A DNA stretch of 64,000 nucleotides from Chloroflexota bacterium (GCA_036679085.1 JAZIGM010000053.1:106869-170868); one strand, 5' to 3'; counted from the stretch's first letter, positions 45,268 to 54,689 are shown. Program-made: numbers and translations. Notes: a model not told the origin generated them from the letters alone.

Positions 45268-45394
45268 TTACGCGTCCGGGTCCTCGTCTACAATGGGCAC
45301 ACGCTCGTAGCCGCCGCCCGGTACGGGGCGCAACGCCAACGATCCGGTTCAACTGGGCGAGCGCGTCTTCAAATGTCAGGCTGTTATCGGTCAT
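45268..45394 (-). pseudogene. xseB: Exodeoxyribonuclease VII small subunit, frameshifted and internally shortened
   Basis: ATGA-coupled to xseA. The first 19 aa MTDNSLTFEDALAQLNRIV are XseB-like. The frame then runs 120 nt into the next gene, while a +1 frame ends ...YERVPIVDEDPDA-TAA at 45270-45268, just before that gene. Only 127 nt lie between ATG and that TAA. Confidence 0.55.
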
Positions 45395-46608
45395 GGTATC
45401 CCGTCCTGTTCCTCGTCCACGGTGGCCCGGAGCGGCCCCTTCTCCAGCCGGATGTGCAGGCGGTCGCCGGGGCGAACCTGCGCGGGGTCGTGCAGCACGA
45501 GGCCATCCGGCCCCTGCACGATGGCGTAGCCGCGCGCCAGCGTCTCCATGGGGCTCATCGACTTGAGCGCGCGCTTCAGCCCCGCAAGCTCGCTGCGCCG
45601 CAGCGCAAAGCGGCTCTGCACGGCACGTGTTGCCCGGCTGACCAGCCCGTCAACCTGCTGGCGGGCGTTGTCAATCGCCGCCCTCGGCGATAGGCGGCGC
45701 AGGGCGTACATGGCCTGCTCGTAGGCGCGGCGCTGTTCGGCGGTTCGCAGCGCCGCCGCGTTAAATAGCCGCTGGGATAGGCGTTGCACGTCCGCCCGGA
45801 GATGGTCGGCGGTGATGGGCGTAGCCAGCTCGGCAGCGGCGCTCGGTGTGGGCGCGCGCAGGTCGGCGGCGAAGTCAACCAGGGTGAAGTCGATCTCGTG
45901 CCCCACCCCGGCAATCACCGGGATCCTGCTCGCCGCCACCGCGCGGGCAAGGTCCTCATCGTTGAAGCACCACAGGTCTTCGATAGAGCCGCCACCGCGC
46001 ACCAGCAGGATCACCTCGACATCCGCCTGCGTGTTGAGCGCCTCCAGTGCGCGGATGATCTGCGGCGGTGCGCTCTCCCCCTGCACAGGCGTGGGCGAGA
46101 GCACGACTCGCACCTGGGGTCGCCGCCGCCTGAGCACGTTGAGCACATCCTGCAGCGCGGCAGTCGACGGCGAGGTCACGATGCCGATCACTGCCGGGCT
46201 GACCGGCACGGGGCGCTTGCGCTCCGCGTCGAACAGCCCCTCGGCGGCGAGCTTCTCCTTGAGCCGCTCAAACTCGGCGTGCAGGTCGCCGCGCCCGGCA
46301 GGGCGCAGCCGCCGGCAGTAAAGCTGGTACTGCCCGCGCGGCTCGTAGATGCTGATATACCCCTCGGCGATGACCCGGTCGCCGTGCTTGGGCAGGTCGC
46401 CCCGGTGCGCGAGCAGTTGGCTGCGCCACATCACACACTGGAGCGTCGCATCGGCGTCCTTCAAAGTGAAGTACGCGTGCCCGGACCCCGGAATACGGAA
46501 GTCCGACACCTCCCCCTCGACTTCGGTGTCCTGCAGGCGAGGGTCGCTCTCGAACTGCTCGCGCAGATAGCGCGTCAGTTCGCTAACCGTCCACCTCTGT
46601 GTCTCCAT
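45391..46608 (-). CDS. xseA: Exodeoxyribonuclease VII large subunit
   Basis: 405 aa. N-terminal OB fold (WTVSELTRYLREQFE...V.GEVS.F....SGH.YFTLKD) and central catalytic region (GIVTSPSTAALQD, LLVRGGGSIEDLW). Confidence 0.92.
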   Translation of the reverse strand: METQRWTVSELTRYLREQFESDPRLQDTEVEGEVSDFRIPGSGHAYFTLKDADATLQCVMWRSQLLAHRGDLPKHGDRVIAEGYISIYEPRGQYQLYCRRLRPAGRGDLHAEFERLKEKLAAEGLFDAERKRPVPVSPAVIGIVTSPSTAALQDVLNVLRRRRPQVRVVLSPTPVQGESAPPQIIRALEALNTQADVEVILLVRGGGSIEDLWCFNDEDLARAVAASRIPVIAGVGHEIDFTLVDFAADLRAPTPSAAAELATPITADHLRADVQRLSQRLFNAAALRTAEQRRAYEQAMYALRRLSPRAAIDNARQQVDGLVSRATRAVQSRFALRRSELAGLKRALKSMSPMETLARGYAIVQGPDGLVLHDPAQVRPGDRLHIRLEKGPLRATVDEEQDGIP

Positions 46609-46712
46609 AGCATGTCAAGCTTACCACCGGGTCACAGCCAACACAATCGGAATCGCGGAAGGCGCGGAGGAGAACGGAGGGCACGGAAACTGAAACCGCG
46701 AATGTCACCCGC

Positions 46713-46758
46713 GTAGGGGCGCAGGTAAATGGCTTCGCCATTACTAGCTGCGCCCTAT
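46713..46758. repeat. GTAGGGGCGC...GCGCCCTAT hairpin with nested GTAAATGGCTTCGCCATTAC
   Basis: Variant of the GTAGGGGCGGG family carrying a GCTTCGC-apex inner hairpin. Confidence 0.75.
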
Positions 46759-46820
46759 GGCTGTACACGTAAGCCCATTTGATTGTACAAACTCATCAAT
46801 TGTGATGGCTTCTTTGCCCA

Positions 46821-46927
46821 ACCCCCACCCAACCGAGCGGCGATTGCATCGCCACTCGGTTGACCTCCCCCTTGCAAGGGGGAGGTGACCGCAGGTCGCG
46901 AAGCGACCGGAGGGCGGAGGGGGTTCC
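46821..46927 (+). repeat. ~105-nt composite repeat centred on CCTCCCCCTTGCAAGGGGGAGG (46864-46885)
   Basis: Colinear with 21493-21586. Confidence 0.85.
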
Positions 46928-47082
46928 AGCGGCAGCCACCAGCCAAGAAGCCGTTACGGCGAAATGGCCGGGCCGAAGAGGGTGGGAGCTGCGCCCATAC
47001 TGCCCCCGAACACCCCCTCCGCGTCTTCCACGATTCCGCCTTTGACCAGCAGGACCCCGGCCCCGGCGCTATACTTTCCGCC

Positions 47083-47184
47083 ATGATGAACAACATGATC
47101 GTTCGCACGCATCACCACCATCATGACAATGCCGCCGGGCCCGTGGTCCTGCTGGTGGTTGCCCCCTGCGTGGTGATGCCTTAA
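47083..47184 (+). CDS. his operon leader peptide (33 aa, five consecutive His codons)
   Basis: MMNNMIVRTHHHHHDNAAGPVVLLVVAPCVVMP, with CAT CAC CAC CAT CAT at 47110-47124. Ends 27 nt before the terminator stem and 85 nt before hisG. This is the short in-frame version of track ORF 46885-47184. Confidence 0.7.
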   Translation: MMNNMIVRTHHHHHDNAAGPVVLLVVAPCVVMP

Positions 47185-47210
47185 CGCGAACGAGCACGCA
47201 GCGATTGCAA

Positions 47211-47242
47211 GCCCTCCGGACCACCGGGGGGCTTTTTCGTTT
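47211..47242 (+). terminator. Attenuator terminator upstream of hisG
   Basis: GCCCTCCGG (47211-19), ACCA loop, CCGGGGGGC (47224-32): 9 bp with one G-U, followed by TTTTTCGTTT. Confidence 0.75.
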
Positions 47243-47268
47243 ACCTCAAGCCCGTGGAGCCGTTGACG

Positions 47269-48282
47269 ATGAACCAACCCAGCCAGCAGATCCGCATTGC
47301 GCTGCCGAGCAAAGGCCGCATGGAAGAGGAAACGCTCGACTTCCTGGCCGCCGCCGGTCTGCACGTCAGCAAGACCAACCCGCGCCAGTACAGCGCCTCG
47401 ATCCCGGCGCTACCGGGGGCGCTGGTGCTGTTCCAGCGCACCGCCGACATCCCGAAAAGTGTCGCCGCCGGGGATATGGACCTCGGCGTGGCCGGCTATG
47501 ACAACGTGGTCGAGGCACTGAACGGCGACCTCAACGACGTGGTGATCATCCACGATGCGCTGGGCTACGGCGAGTGCGAGCTGGTCGTGGCCGTGCCGGA
47601 GGAGTGGCACGACGTAACCGACTTCGCCAGCCTCGCAGAGCGAGCGCGCACCCGGGGCCCGCTCCGCGTGGCGACCAAGCACGTCAACTCGGTCGAGCGC
47701 TTCTTCGCGGCGCGGGGCATCGAGCAGGTGCGGATCGTCAGCGCGGAAGGCGCGCTGGAAGCCGCGCCCGCCGTCGGATATGCTGACTTTATCGCCGACA
47801 TCACTTCAACGGGCACAACGCTGCGCGACAACCGCCTGCGCCCGTTGGAGGATGGCACCATCGTGCGCTCGCAGGCCGTACTGATCGGCAACCGGGCGGC
47901 GCTCGCCGGGCGTCCGGAGGTGCTGGAAGCCGCCCGGCAGATCCTTGAGTTCGTCGAGGCGCACCTGCGCGCGCGAGGGCAGTACCTGGTCTTTGCCAAC
48001 ATGCGCGGCGAGACGCACGAGGAGATTGCGCGGCGGGTGTTCGAGCAGCCCGACCTCGGCGGCCTACAGGGCCCGACGATCTCGCCGCTGCTGACCCGCT
48101 CCGGCGAGGGCGGCTGGTGGGCGATCAACTTCGTCGTGCCGCAGAGCCGGCTGTACGCAGCCATCCAGCAGGTGCGCGCGGTGGGCGGCAGCGGCGTCAT
48201 CGCGACCCCCGCCGCCTACATCTTCGAGGAGCACCCGGAGCGCTACCAGCGTCTGCTGGCGGCCCTCGGACGTGAAGCATAG
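47269..48282 (+). CDS. hisG: ATP phosphoribosyltransferase (long form)
   Basis: ATG 47269 with GGAG 9 nt upstream (GTG 47254 is possible). IRIALPSKGRMEEETLDFL, DLGVAGYDNVVE, ADFIADITSTGTTLRDN. Confidence 0.93.
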   Translation: MNQPSQQIRIALPSKGRMEEETLDFLAAAGLHVSKTNPRQYSASIPALPGALVLFQRTADIPKSVAAGDMDLGVAGYDNVVEALNGDLNDVVIIHDALGYGECELVVAVPEEWHDVTDFASLAERARTRGPLRVATKHVNSVERFFAARGIEQVRIVSAEGALEAAPAVGYADFIADITSTGTTLRDNRLRPLEDGTIVRSQAVLIGNRAALAGRPEVLEAARQILEFVEAHLRARGQYLVFANMRGETHEEIARRVFEQPDLGGLQGPTISPLLTRSGEGGWWAINFVVPQSRLYAAIQQVRAVGGSGVIATPAAYIFEEHPERYQRLLAALGREA

Positions 48283-48287
48283 GGGAG

Positions 48288-48383
48288 CCACAGATAGCAC
48301 AGATGGCACGGATGATTTTGTCCACGAATGACACGAATAGCATGAATGAAAAATATTCGTGTCATTCGTGACATTCGTGGATC
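48288..48383. repeat. CACAGATG/CACGAATG palindromic element between hisG and hisD
   Basis: CCACAGATAGCACAGATGGCACGGATG...TCCACGAATGACACGAATAGCATGAATG-AAAAAT-ATTCGTGTCATTCGTGACATTCGTGGATC. Starts 6 nt after the hisG stop; the right outer arm is missing. Confidence 0.9.
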
Positions 48384-48407
48384 ACTTTTAACGAAGCGGA
48401 GGCAGTT

Positions 48408-49760
48408 ATGGCCGACCAGTTATTCCCCATCTACACACTCGACGAGGCCCGGCACAGCATCCTGGTACGCGCCGCCCCCGATGAGATCGCCGTCACCGAC
48501 AGCCTGCTCGACGGCATCGAGCACATCTTCGGCGAGCGGCTGACGCCGGAGCAGGCCGTGCGCCGCATCGTGGACGACGTGCGCCGGACGGGCGACCTCG
48601 CGCTGAAAGCCTGGACAAAACGCCTCGACGGGGCGGATCTCACCGAGCTGGCCGTCACGCCGGAGGAGATCGCGCGCGGGCTGGAGGCCACCCCGCCCGA
48701 CGTGGTGGACGCCCTGCGCCTCGCCGCCGGGCGCATCGAGGCGTTCTACCGCAAGCAGCCGGTCACGTCCTGGCTGGACGCCTCCGCCGAGGGCACGCTC
48801 GGCCAGCTCATGCGGCCCATCGACCGGGTCGGCGTGTACGTTGCGGGCGGCACCGCGCCGCTGCCCTCCTCCCTGCTGATGAGCGCCATCCCCGCGCAGG
48901 TGGCGGGCGTGGGCGAGATCATCGCCTGCACCCCGCCCGCGCGTGACGGCTCGATCCCGCCCGTGATCCTCGCCGCTGCCCACGTCGTCGGCGTGACGAA
49001 GCTCTATAAGCTCGGCGGGGCGCAGGCCATCGCAGCGATGGCCTATGGCACCGAGAGCGTGCCGCGCGTGGACAAGATCGTCGGGCCGGGCAACCTGTTC
49101 GTCACACTCGCCAAGCGGCAGGTGTTCGGCGCGGTCGGCATCGACGGGCTGCTGGGGCCAACGGAGACGATGATCATCGCCGACGAGTCCGCCGCCCCGG
49201 AGACAGTCGCCGCCGACCTGCTGGCGCAGGCCGAGCACGACGTTCTCGCGCAGGCGATCCTCGTCACGCCCAGCCGGGCGCTCGCCGAGCGGGTCGCGGT
49301 GGAGGTCGCCCGGCAGGCGGAGGCGCTGAGCCGCGCGGACATCATCGCGGAATCGCTGCCGCGTGCGGGCGGCGCGTTGATCGTGCCCGACCTGGAGACG
49401 GCCTTTGAGGTCGCCAACGAGTACGCCGCCGAGCACCTCCAGCTTTCGATTGAGGACCCGTTCGGCTGGCTGGGGCATGTCAGGCACGCCGGGGCGGTGT
49501 TCCTCGGCGAGTCGTCGTTCGAGGTGCTGGGCGACTACGTGGCCGGGCCAAGCCACTCGCTGCCGACGAGCGGCACGGCGCGCTTCTCGTCCGGCATCAA
49601 CCTGCTGGACTTCGTGACGGTGGTCAGCGTGATCGGCCTGCGGCCCGACGCTGCCGCCGAGTTGAGCCGCACCGCTGCTCGCATCGCCCACGCCGAGGGG
49701 CTGACCGGGCACGCCGCCGCCGCCGAGGCGCGGATCAGTGGAGGCAGCCGTGAGAACTGA
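48408..49760 (+). CDS. hisD: Histidinol dehydrogenase
   Basis: 450 aa behind GGAGG. ...[27 protein letters not shown]..., QAEHD, GDY.AGPSH.LPT. Confidence 0.95.
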   Translation: MADQLFPIYTLDEARHSILVRAAPDEIAVTDSLLDGIEHIFGERLTPEQAVRRIVDDVRRTGDLALKAWTKRLDGADLTELAVTPEEIARGLEATPPDVVDALRLAAGRIEAFYRKQPVTSWLDASAEGTLGQLMRPIDRVGVYVAGGTAPLPSSLLMSAIPAQVAGVGEIIACTPPARDGSIPPVILAAAHVVGVTKLYKLGGAQAIAAMAYGTESVPRVDKIVGPGNLFVTLAKRQVFGAVGIDGLLGPTETMIIADESAAPETVAADLLAQAEHDVLAQAILVTPSRALAERVAVEVARQAEALSRADIIAESLPRAGGALIVPDLETAFEVANEYAAEHLQLSIEDPFGWLGHVRHAGAVFLGESSFEVLGDYVAGPSHSLPTSGTARFSSGINLLDFVTVVSVIGLRPDAAAELSRTAARIAHAEGLTGHAAAAEARISGGSREN

Positions 49761-50871
49761 CCCAACCACCCAGATCGACTCGCTCATCCGGCCCGACATC
49801 CGGCAGATGGAGCCCTACACGCCCATCGTGCCGTTCGAGGTGCTGAGCGAGCAACTTGGCCGCGATGCCACCGACCTCGTCAAGCTGGACGCCAACGAGA
49901 ACCCGTACGGCCCCTCGCCGCGCGCGCTCAATGCGCTGGCCGCACTGCGCGACGCCGTGCCCATCTACCCCGACCCGGAGAGCCGGGCGCTGCGGGCGGC
50001 GCTCGCGGAGTACGCCGGTGTGGGGCCAGAGCACATCCTCGCGGGCGCAGGCGCGGACGAACTGATCGACCTGATCATGCGGCTGGTCATCACGCCGGGT
50101 GATGCCATCGTCAACTGCCCGCCAACATTCGGCATGTACAGCTTCGACGGGGCGCTGAATGGCGCGCGCGTCGTCGAGGTTCCACGCCGGGCGGACTTCT
50201 CGCTTGATGTGGAGGCAGTCGAGCGGGCGGCGCTGGAGAGCGGTGCGAAGCTGCTCTTCCTGTGCTCGCCCAACAACCCGGATGGCTCGCTCATCCCGCC
50301 CGACGTGCTCGACCGGCTGCTGCACCTGCCGCTTATCGTCGTGCTCGATGAGGCATATATTGAGTTCGCCGGGGTCGAGTCGGCGGCGAGCCGCGTGCCC
50401 GCCACACCCAACCTCGTCGTGCTGCGGACGTTCAGCAAGTGGGCGGGGCTGGCCGGGCTGCGCGTGGGCTACGGTGTGTTCCCGCTGGCGCTGATGGCGC
50501 ACCTGTGGAAGATCAAGCAGCCGTACAACGTGAACGTCGCCGCCGATGCCGCCGCCCGCGCCTCGCTGGCCGACCTGCCATACTTGCGCGCCAACGTCGA
50601 GCGCATCATCGCCGAGCGCGAGCGGCTGCTCGCCGCCCTGCGCAGCGTCACGTACCTGGAGCCCTACCCCAGCCGCGCCAACTTCGTGCTGTGCCGTGTC
50701 AGCGGCCTGAGCGCCGCCGCGCTGAAACAGCGCCTCGCGGCGGACTACGGCATCCTGATCCGCTACTTCGACAAGCCCGGCCTGCGCGACCACGTGCGCC
50801 TGTCCGTCGGCACGCCGCAGCAAACGGACCGACTGCTCGCCGCGCTCAGGGAGATCGAGGCGGGGGTGTAG
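49750..50871 (+). CDS. hisC: Histidinol-phosphate aminotransferase
   Basis: GTG 49750 has GGAGG 5 nt upstream (track start is GTG 49738). [33 protein letters not shown] (PLP lysine). Confidence 0.93.
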   Translation: MRTDPTTQIDSLIRPDIRQMEPYTPIVPFEVLSEQLGRDATDLVKLDANENPYGPSPRALNALAALRDAVPIYPDPESRALRAALAEYAGVGPEHILAGAGADELIDLIMRLVITPGDAIVNCPPTFGMYSFDGALNGARVVEVPRRADFSLDVEAVERAALESGAKLLFLCSPNNPDGSLIPPDVLDRLLHLPLIVVLDEAYIEFAGVESAASRVPATPNLVVLRTFSKWAGLAGLRVGYGVFPLALMAHLWKIKQPYNVNVAADAAARASLADLPYLRANVERIIAERERLLAALRSVTYLEPYPSRANFVLCRVSGLSAAALKQRLAADYGILIRYFDKPGLRDHVRLSVGTPQQTDRLLAALREIEAGV

Positions 50872-50914
50872 AGGTACGGTTAAAGATCAGAACGGAGGAC
50901 AGGGAACAACACAC

Positions 50915-51511
50915 ATGACCAACCGCCGCGCGACCATCACGCGCCAGACCAACGAGACGAACATCACGCTTACCCTCGACCTCGACGGCACGGGCCAGGC
51001 CGAGATCAGCACCGGCGTGGGCTTCTTCGACCACATGCTGCACCATGTCGCCGTGCACGGCCTGTTCGACCTGATCGTCAAGGCAGAGGGTGACCTTCAC
51101 ATTGACGCCCACCATACCATCGAGGATGTCGCCATCGTGCTGGGGCAGGCGCTCGACCAAGCGCTCGGCGAGCGGCGCGGCATCGTCCGCGTCGGCGAGG
51201 CGACCGTGCCGATGGACGAGGCGCTCGCGCAGGTCGTCGTAGACGTAAGCGGGCGGCCCTACGCCGTGTTCGGTGGTGAGTTCCGCGCGCCCATGCTGGG
51301 GCAGATGCCGTCCTCGCTCGTCGAGCACGTCTTTGAGTCCATCGCCATGAACGCCAAACTGAGCCTGCACGCGCGGGTCCTGTACGGGCGCGACGACCAT
51401 CACAAGGCCGAGGCGCTGTTCAAGGCGCTGGGGCGCGCGCTCGACGCAGCCACCCGTCTCGACGAGCGGCGGGGCGGCGTGCCGAGCACCAAAGGCACCC
51501 TGACCGGGTGA
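50915..51511 (+). CDS. hisB: Imidazoleglycerol-phosphate dehydratase (monofunctional, no phosphatase domain)
   Basis: 198 aa: [48 protein letters not shown]. Confidence 0.95.
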   Translation: MTNRRATITRQTNETNITLTLDLDGTGQAEISTGVGFFDHMLHHVAVHGLFDLIVKAEGDLHIDAHHTIEDVAIVLGQALDQALGERRGIVRVGEATVPMDEALAQVVVDVSGRPYAVFGGEFRAPMLGQMPSSLVEHVFESIAMNAKLSLHARVLYGRDDHHKAEALFKALGRALDAATRLDERRGGVPSTKGTLTG

Positions 51512-51521
51512 GGGATCGTTA

Positions 51522-51602
51522 TCCACAGATGACACAGATGGCACAGAGCAGGGAGGGGGTGTGACGGTATCAACGGGAGCCGCGAAGTTCATTCGCGGCG
51601 GC
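51522..51602. repeat. Partial CACAGATG element plus GGGAGGGGGTGTGACGG plus GGAGCCGCGAAGTTCATTCGCGGCGG
   Basis: TCCACAGATGACACAGATGGCACAGAG starts 11 nt after the hisB stop. The modules match 37201, 21805 and 59295. Confidence 0.8.
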
Positions 51603-51724
51603 TTGTACTCACTCGCGACAATACAGCAACATTCATTCGCGGCGGCCCTCTGAACGTGAATATTGGCACGAATCCGTCCCAGATGCGCTATACTCTGGCA
51701 GGCAACCGCCAACCGAGGTTCGAC

Positions 51725-52285
51725 ATGTCCAACACACCCGAAAAACCCTTCCCCGTCTCGTACTGGGTGGAGCCCGGCAGGCTGCTCGCCGGGGAATACC
51801 CGCTTTACCTGCCCAACACCGATCAGGCCGACGGCTACGACCGGCCCACCGACAACCGCGAGCGGGTGCGCCGCCTGCTCGAAGCCGGGGTCACGCTCTT
51901 TATCGATCTAACCGAGGAGGGCGAGCAGCCGCCTTATATGCCGCTCGTCGAGGAAGAGGCCGCCCGGCTCGGCGTCAGGGTCGAGCATCACCGCTGGCCG
52001 CTCAGGGACTTCGCCAGGCCGCCGGAAGACACGCTCGTCGCTATCCTTGACGACCTCGACGCGGCGCTGCGGGCGGGGCATACCGTGTACGTCCACTGCA
52101 AGGCGGGCATCGGGCGGACCGGTATGGTGGTCGGCACGTACCTGGTGCGCCGGGGCCTGTCGGGCGCAGAGGCGCTGGCGCAGATCGCGCGCTGGCGCGA
52201 GGACGTGCCCGACGACCGCCCCTCGCCGCTGGTCGAGCGCCAGCGCGAGCTGGTGCGGCGCTGGTCGGAGGATGGGCGGAAATAA
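51725..52285 (+). CDS. Cys-based (CX5R) dual-specificity/PTP-like phosphatase
   Basis: ATG 51725. VYVHCKAGIGRTGMV is the HCxxGxxR(S/T) P-loop. Confidence 0.8.
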   Translation: MSNTPEKPFPVSYWVEPGRLLAGEYPLYLPNTDQADGYDRPTDNRERVRRLLEAGVTLFIDLTEEGEQPPYMPLVEEEAARLGVRVEHHRWPLRDFARPPEDTLVAILDDLDAALRAGHTVYVHCKAGIGRTGMVVGTYLVRRGLSGAEALAQIARWREDVPDDRPSPLVERQRELVRRWSEDGRK

Positions 52286-52466
52286 CCTGCCGGGCGCGAT
52301 AATCACATGCGCCTGCGGTATCATCTTGTTGCCAGCGCCTATGCCCGCCGGGAGACGCCAGGCGACGAGCGGTCGAACACGCTTCGCCCTTTCATCCTTT
52401 TGTGTCTCGTCGGCTGGCATGGCACGACCGTAAGCCTATCTGAGAACAGGAACAGCACCAAGCTTT

Positions 52467-53405
52467 ATGAACGAGATTCTGCTTAACCGCCTGCGGGGCT
52501 GCGTCGTCGGGGCGGCCATCGGGGACGCGATGGGGATGCCGCTTGAGTTCGGCCCGCCCCCGCCGGAAGACGCCCTCGTGCGTGAGATGAAGCCGGGGCG
52601 GCTGCCCGCCGGGAGCATCACCGACGACACCGAGATGGCGCTCGCGCTCGCCGAGAGCCTGCTGGCGCACCGCCCGCTCGACCCGAACGACCTGGCCCGG
52701 CGCTTCGTGGACTGGGTCAAGGCAGATCCGCCCGACGTCGGTCTGCACACGAACCGGGTGCTGCGCCGCATCGACGCGGGCGCATCGTGGGAGGAGGCGG
52801 TCGAGGCGGTGATGAAGCAGAACCCGGACTCGGCGGGCAACGGCTCGCTGATGCGCGCCTGGCCGGTTGCCGTGGCCTACTGGGACGACATGGACAACCT
52901 GCTTGTCGATAGCTGGCGGCAGAGCCGGGTGACACACCCCCACCCGGACACGCTCGCCGCGAGCGCCTTTCTGAACGTGACGCTCTACCACCTCTTTCGC
53001 GGCTCGGAGCCCAGCATGGCGCTGATCCTCGCCTCGACGCTGGTCAGGATGGACGACGGGCTGTGGAAGGTGATCGAGAACGCGCCCTACCACGAGCGCA
53101 GCCAGCTTCAGAACAGCGGCTGGGTGCGTGACACGCTCCAGAGCGCCGTGTGGGGCCTCATCACGACCGACTCGTTTGAGGAGGCGGTTGTGCAGGTCGT
53201 CAACCTCGGCAACGACGCGGACACCGCCGGGGCGGTGGTCGGCGCGCTGGCAGGGGCGTACTACGGTCTTGACGCTATCCCTGAGCGCTGGAAGGCGCAG
53301 CTTCACGGTGAATGGCCGCTCGGCTCCGGCCAGATCTGGATGGTGGAGAATTTCATCGACCTGGCCGACCGTCTGGCTACCGATGGCCGTGCCGGGGCGG
53401 AGTAG
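52467..53405 (+). CDS. ADP-ribosylglycohydrolase (ARH/DraG) family protein
   Basis: 312 aa with N-terminal LRGCVVGAAIGDAMGMPLEF and C-terminal GNDADTAGAVVGALAGAYYG metal-site motifs. Confidence 0.88.
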   Translation: MNEILLNRLRGCVVGAAIGDAMGMPLEFGPPPPEDALVREMKPGRLPAGSITDDTEMALALAESLLAHRPLDPNDLARRFVDWVKADPPDVGLHTNRVLRRIDAGASWEEAVEAVMKQNPDSAGNGSLMRAWPVAVAYWDDMDNLLVDSWRQSRVTHPHPDTLAASAFLNVTLYHLFRGSEPSMALILASTLVRMDDGLWKVIENAPYHERSQLQNSGWVRDTLQSAVWGLITTDSFEEAVVQVVNLGNDADTAGAVVGALAGAYYGLDAIPERWKAQLHGEWPLGSGQIWMVENFIDLADRLATDGRAGAE

Positions 53406-53475
53406 TGCTCTCGCCCCACGCCGGCCCCGACCCAACCTTTGACGCGAGACAGAAATCATCAGGAGACCAACCACC

Positions 53476-54642
53476 ATGCTTGAAAAGGCCCGCGCCCTGC
53501 AGGAACAGCTCACTGCCTGGCGTCGTGACTTCCACCAGCACCCGGAACTCGGGTTTCAGGAGGTGCGTACGGCGGGCATCGTCGCCGCCGAACTGAGCAA
53601 GCTCGGCCTGCCCGTCCAGACGAACGTGGGCAAGACCGGCGTCGTCGCCACGCTTGGCGAAGGCTCTCCCGTTGTCGGCATCCGCGCCGACATGGACGCC
53701 CTGCCAATTCAGGAAGCCAACGACGTGAGCTACGCCTCGCAGACGCCGAACGTCATGCACGCCTGCGGGCACGACGCCCATACCGCCATCCTGCTCGGCG
53801 TCGCCCACCTGCTCGCCGGGCTGGACGACCGCCCGCCGGGGCAGATCCGCTTCCTCTTCCAGCCCTGCGAGGAGATGCAGGACGAGGAGGGCAAGTCCGG
53901 CGCGATGCGCATGATCGAGGAAGGCGCGCTTGAGGGCGTGGACGCGGTGATCGCGCTGCACGTCGCCAGCGACTACGAGCCGGGCGTGGTCTACGTGAAG
54001 GACGGCTACAGCATGGCCGCCGTGGACGAGTTCTACGCGACGATCAAGGGCGAGGGCTGCCACGGGGCGTACCCCCAGCGCGGCGTCGACCCGATCTACA
54101 TCCTTGCTCAGGTGCTCAACGCCGTGCACGGCATTCGCTCCCGCCGCATCGACCCGATACGCCCTGCCGTGATCTCGATTGGCTCGGTCCATGCCGGGCA
54201 CACAACCAACGTCATCCCCGCCGAGGTGCAGCTTCAGGGCACGATCCGCAGCTACGACGAGGAGACGCGCCGCAAGCTGTGGGAGGAGCTTGAGTGCGCC
54301 TTCGGGGTGGCGCGGGCACTGGGCGGCGATTACACGCTCAACATCGTCGAGGGCTACCCGGCGCTGTACAACTCGGCAGAGGTGGCCGCCGTTATCCGTG
54401 AGGTGGCGACCGATCTGCTCGGCGCGGACGCGCTCGGCAAGGCGGAGGCGGTGATGGGCGCGGAGGACTTCGCTTTTATGGCGCGGCAAGCGCCCGGTGC
54501 GATGTTCCACCTGGGCGCGAAGTACGACGAGCGCTCCCGCCCGCACCACAGCCCGCAGTTCAACATCAACGAGTCGGTGATGCCCATCGGCGTAGCGCTC
54601 CTCGCCGAAACCGCCCTGCGCCTGCTACAGCGGCTAGGATAG
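53476..54642 (+). CDS. M20D-family amidohydrolase (N-acyl-amino-acid/hippurate hydrolase-like)
   Basis: AGGAGA RBS. RRDFHQHPELGFQE, MHACGHDAHTA, FQP.EE. Confidence 0.88.
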   Translation: MLEKARALQEQLTAWRRDFHQHPELGFQEVRTAGIVAAELSKLGLPVQTNVGKTGVVATLGEGSPVVGIRADMDALPIQEANDVSYASQTPNVMHACGHDAHTAILLGVAHLLAGLDDRPPGQIRFLFQPCEEMQDEEGKSGAMRMIEEGALEGVDAVIALHVASDYEPGVVYVKDGYSMAAVDEFYATIKGEGCHGAYPQRGVDPIYILAQVLNAVHGIRSRRIDPIRPAVISIGSVHAGHTTNVIPAEVQLQGTIRSYDEETRRKLWEELECAFGVARALGGDYTLNIVEGYPALYNSAEVAAVIREVATDLLGADALGKAEAVMGAEDFAFMARQAPGAMFHLGAKYDERSRPHHSPQFNINESVMPIGVALLAETALRLLQRLG

Positions 54643-54689
54643 CGGCGTCACGGTTATTGGAATGACGCAGTTGGATGGGAGATTTTGAG

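Noticed and set aside
45140-45394. 84-aa ORF taken at face value as intact xseB
   Set aside because: After residue ~19 it loses all XseB character and overlaps the DUF212 gene by 120 nt. Interpreted as frameshifted.
46885-47082. Upstream two-thirds of the 99-aa track ORF 46885-47184
   Set aside because: This part is made of repeat modules (CCTCCCCCTTGCAAGGGGGAGG and others). Only the last 33 codons from ATG 47083 make sense, as a leader peptide.
48420-49799. 459-aa minus-strand ORF; similar ORFs at 49735-50823, 52392-53513, 53377-54549, 55453-56631 and 56192-57079
   Set aside because: All are antisense to his-operon or insert genes that carry clear family motifs.
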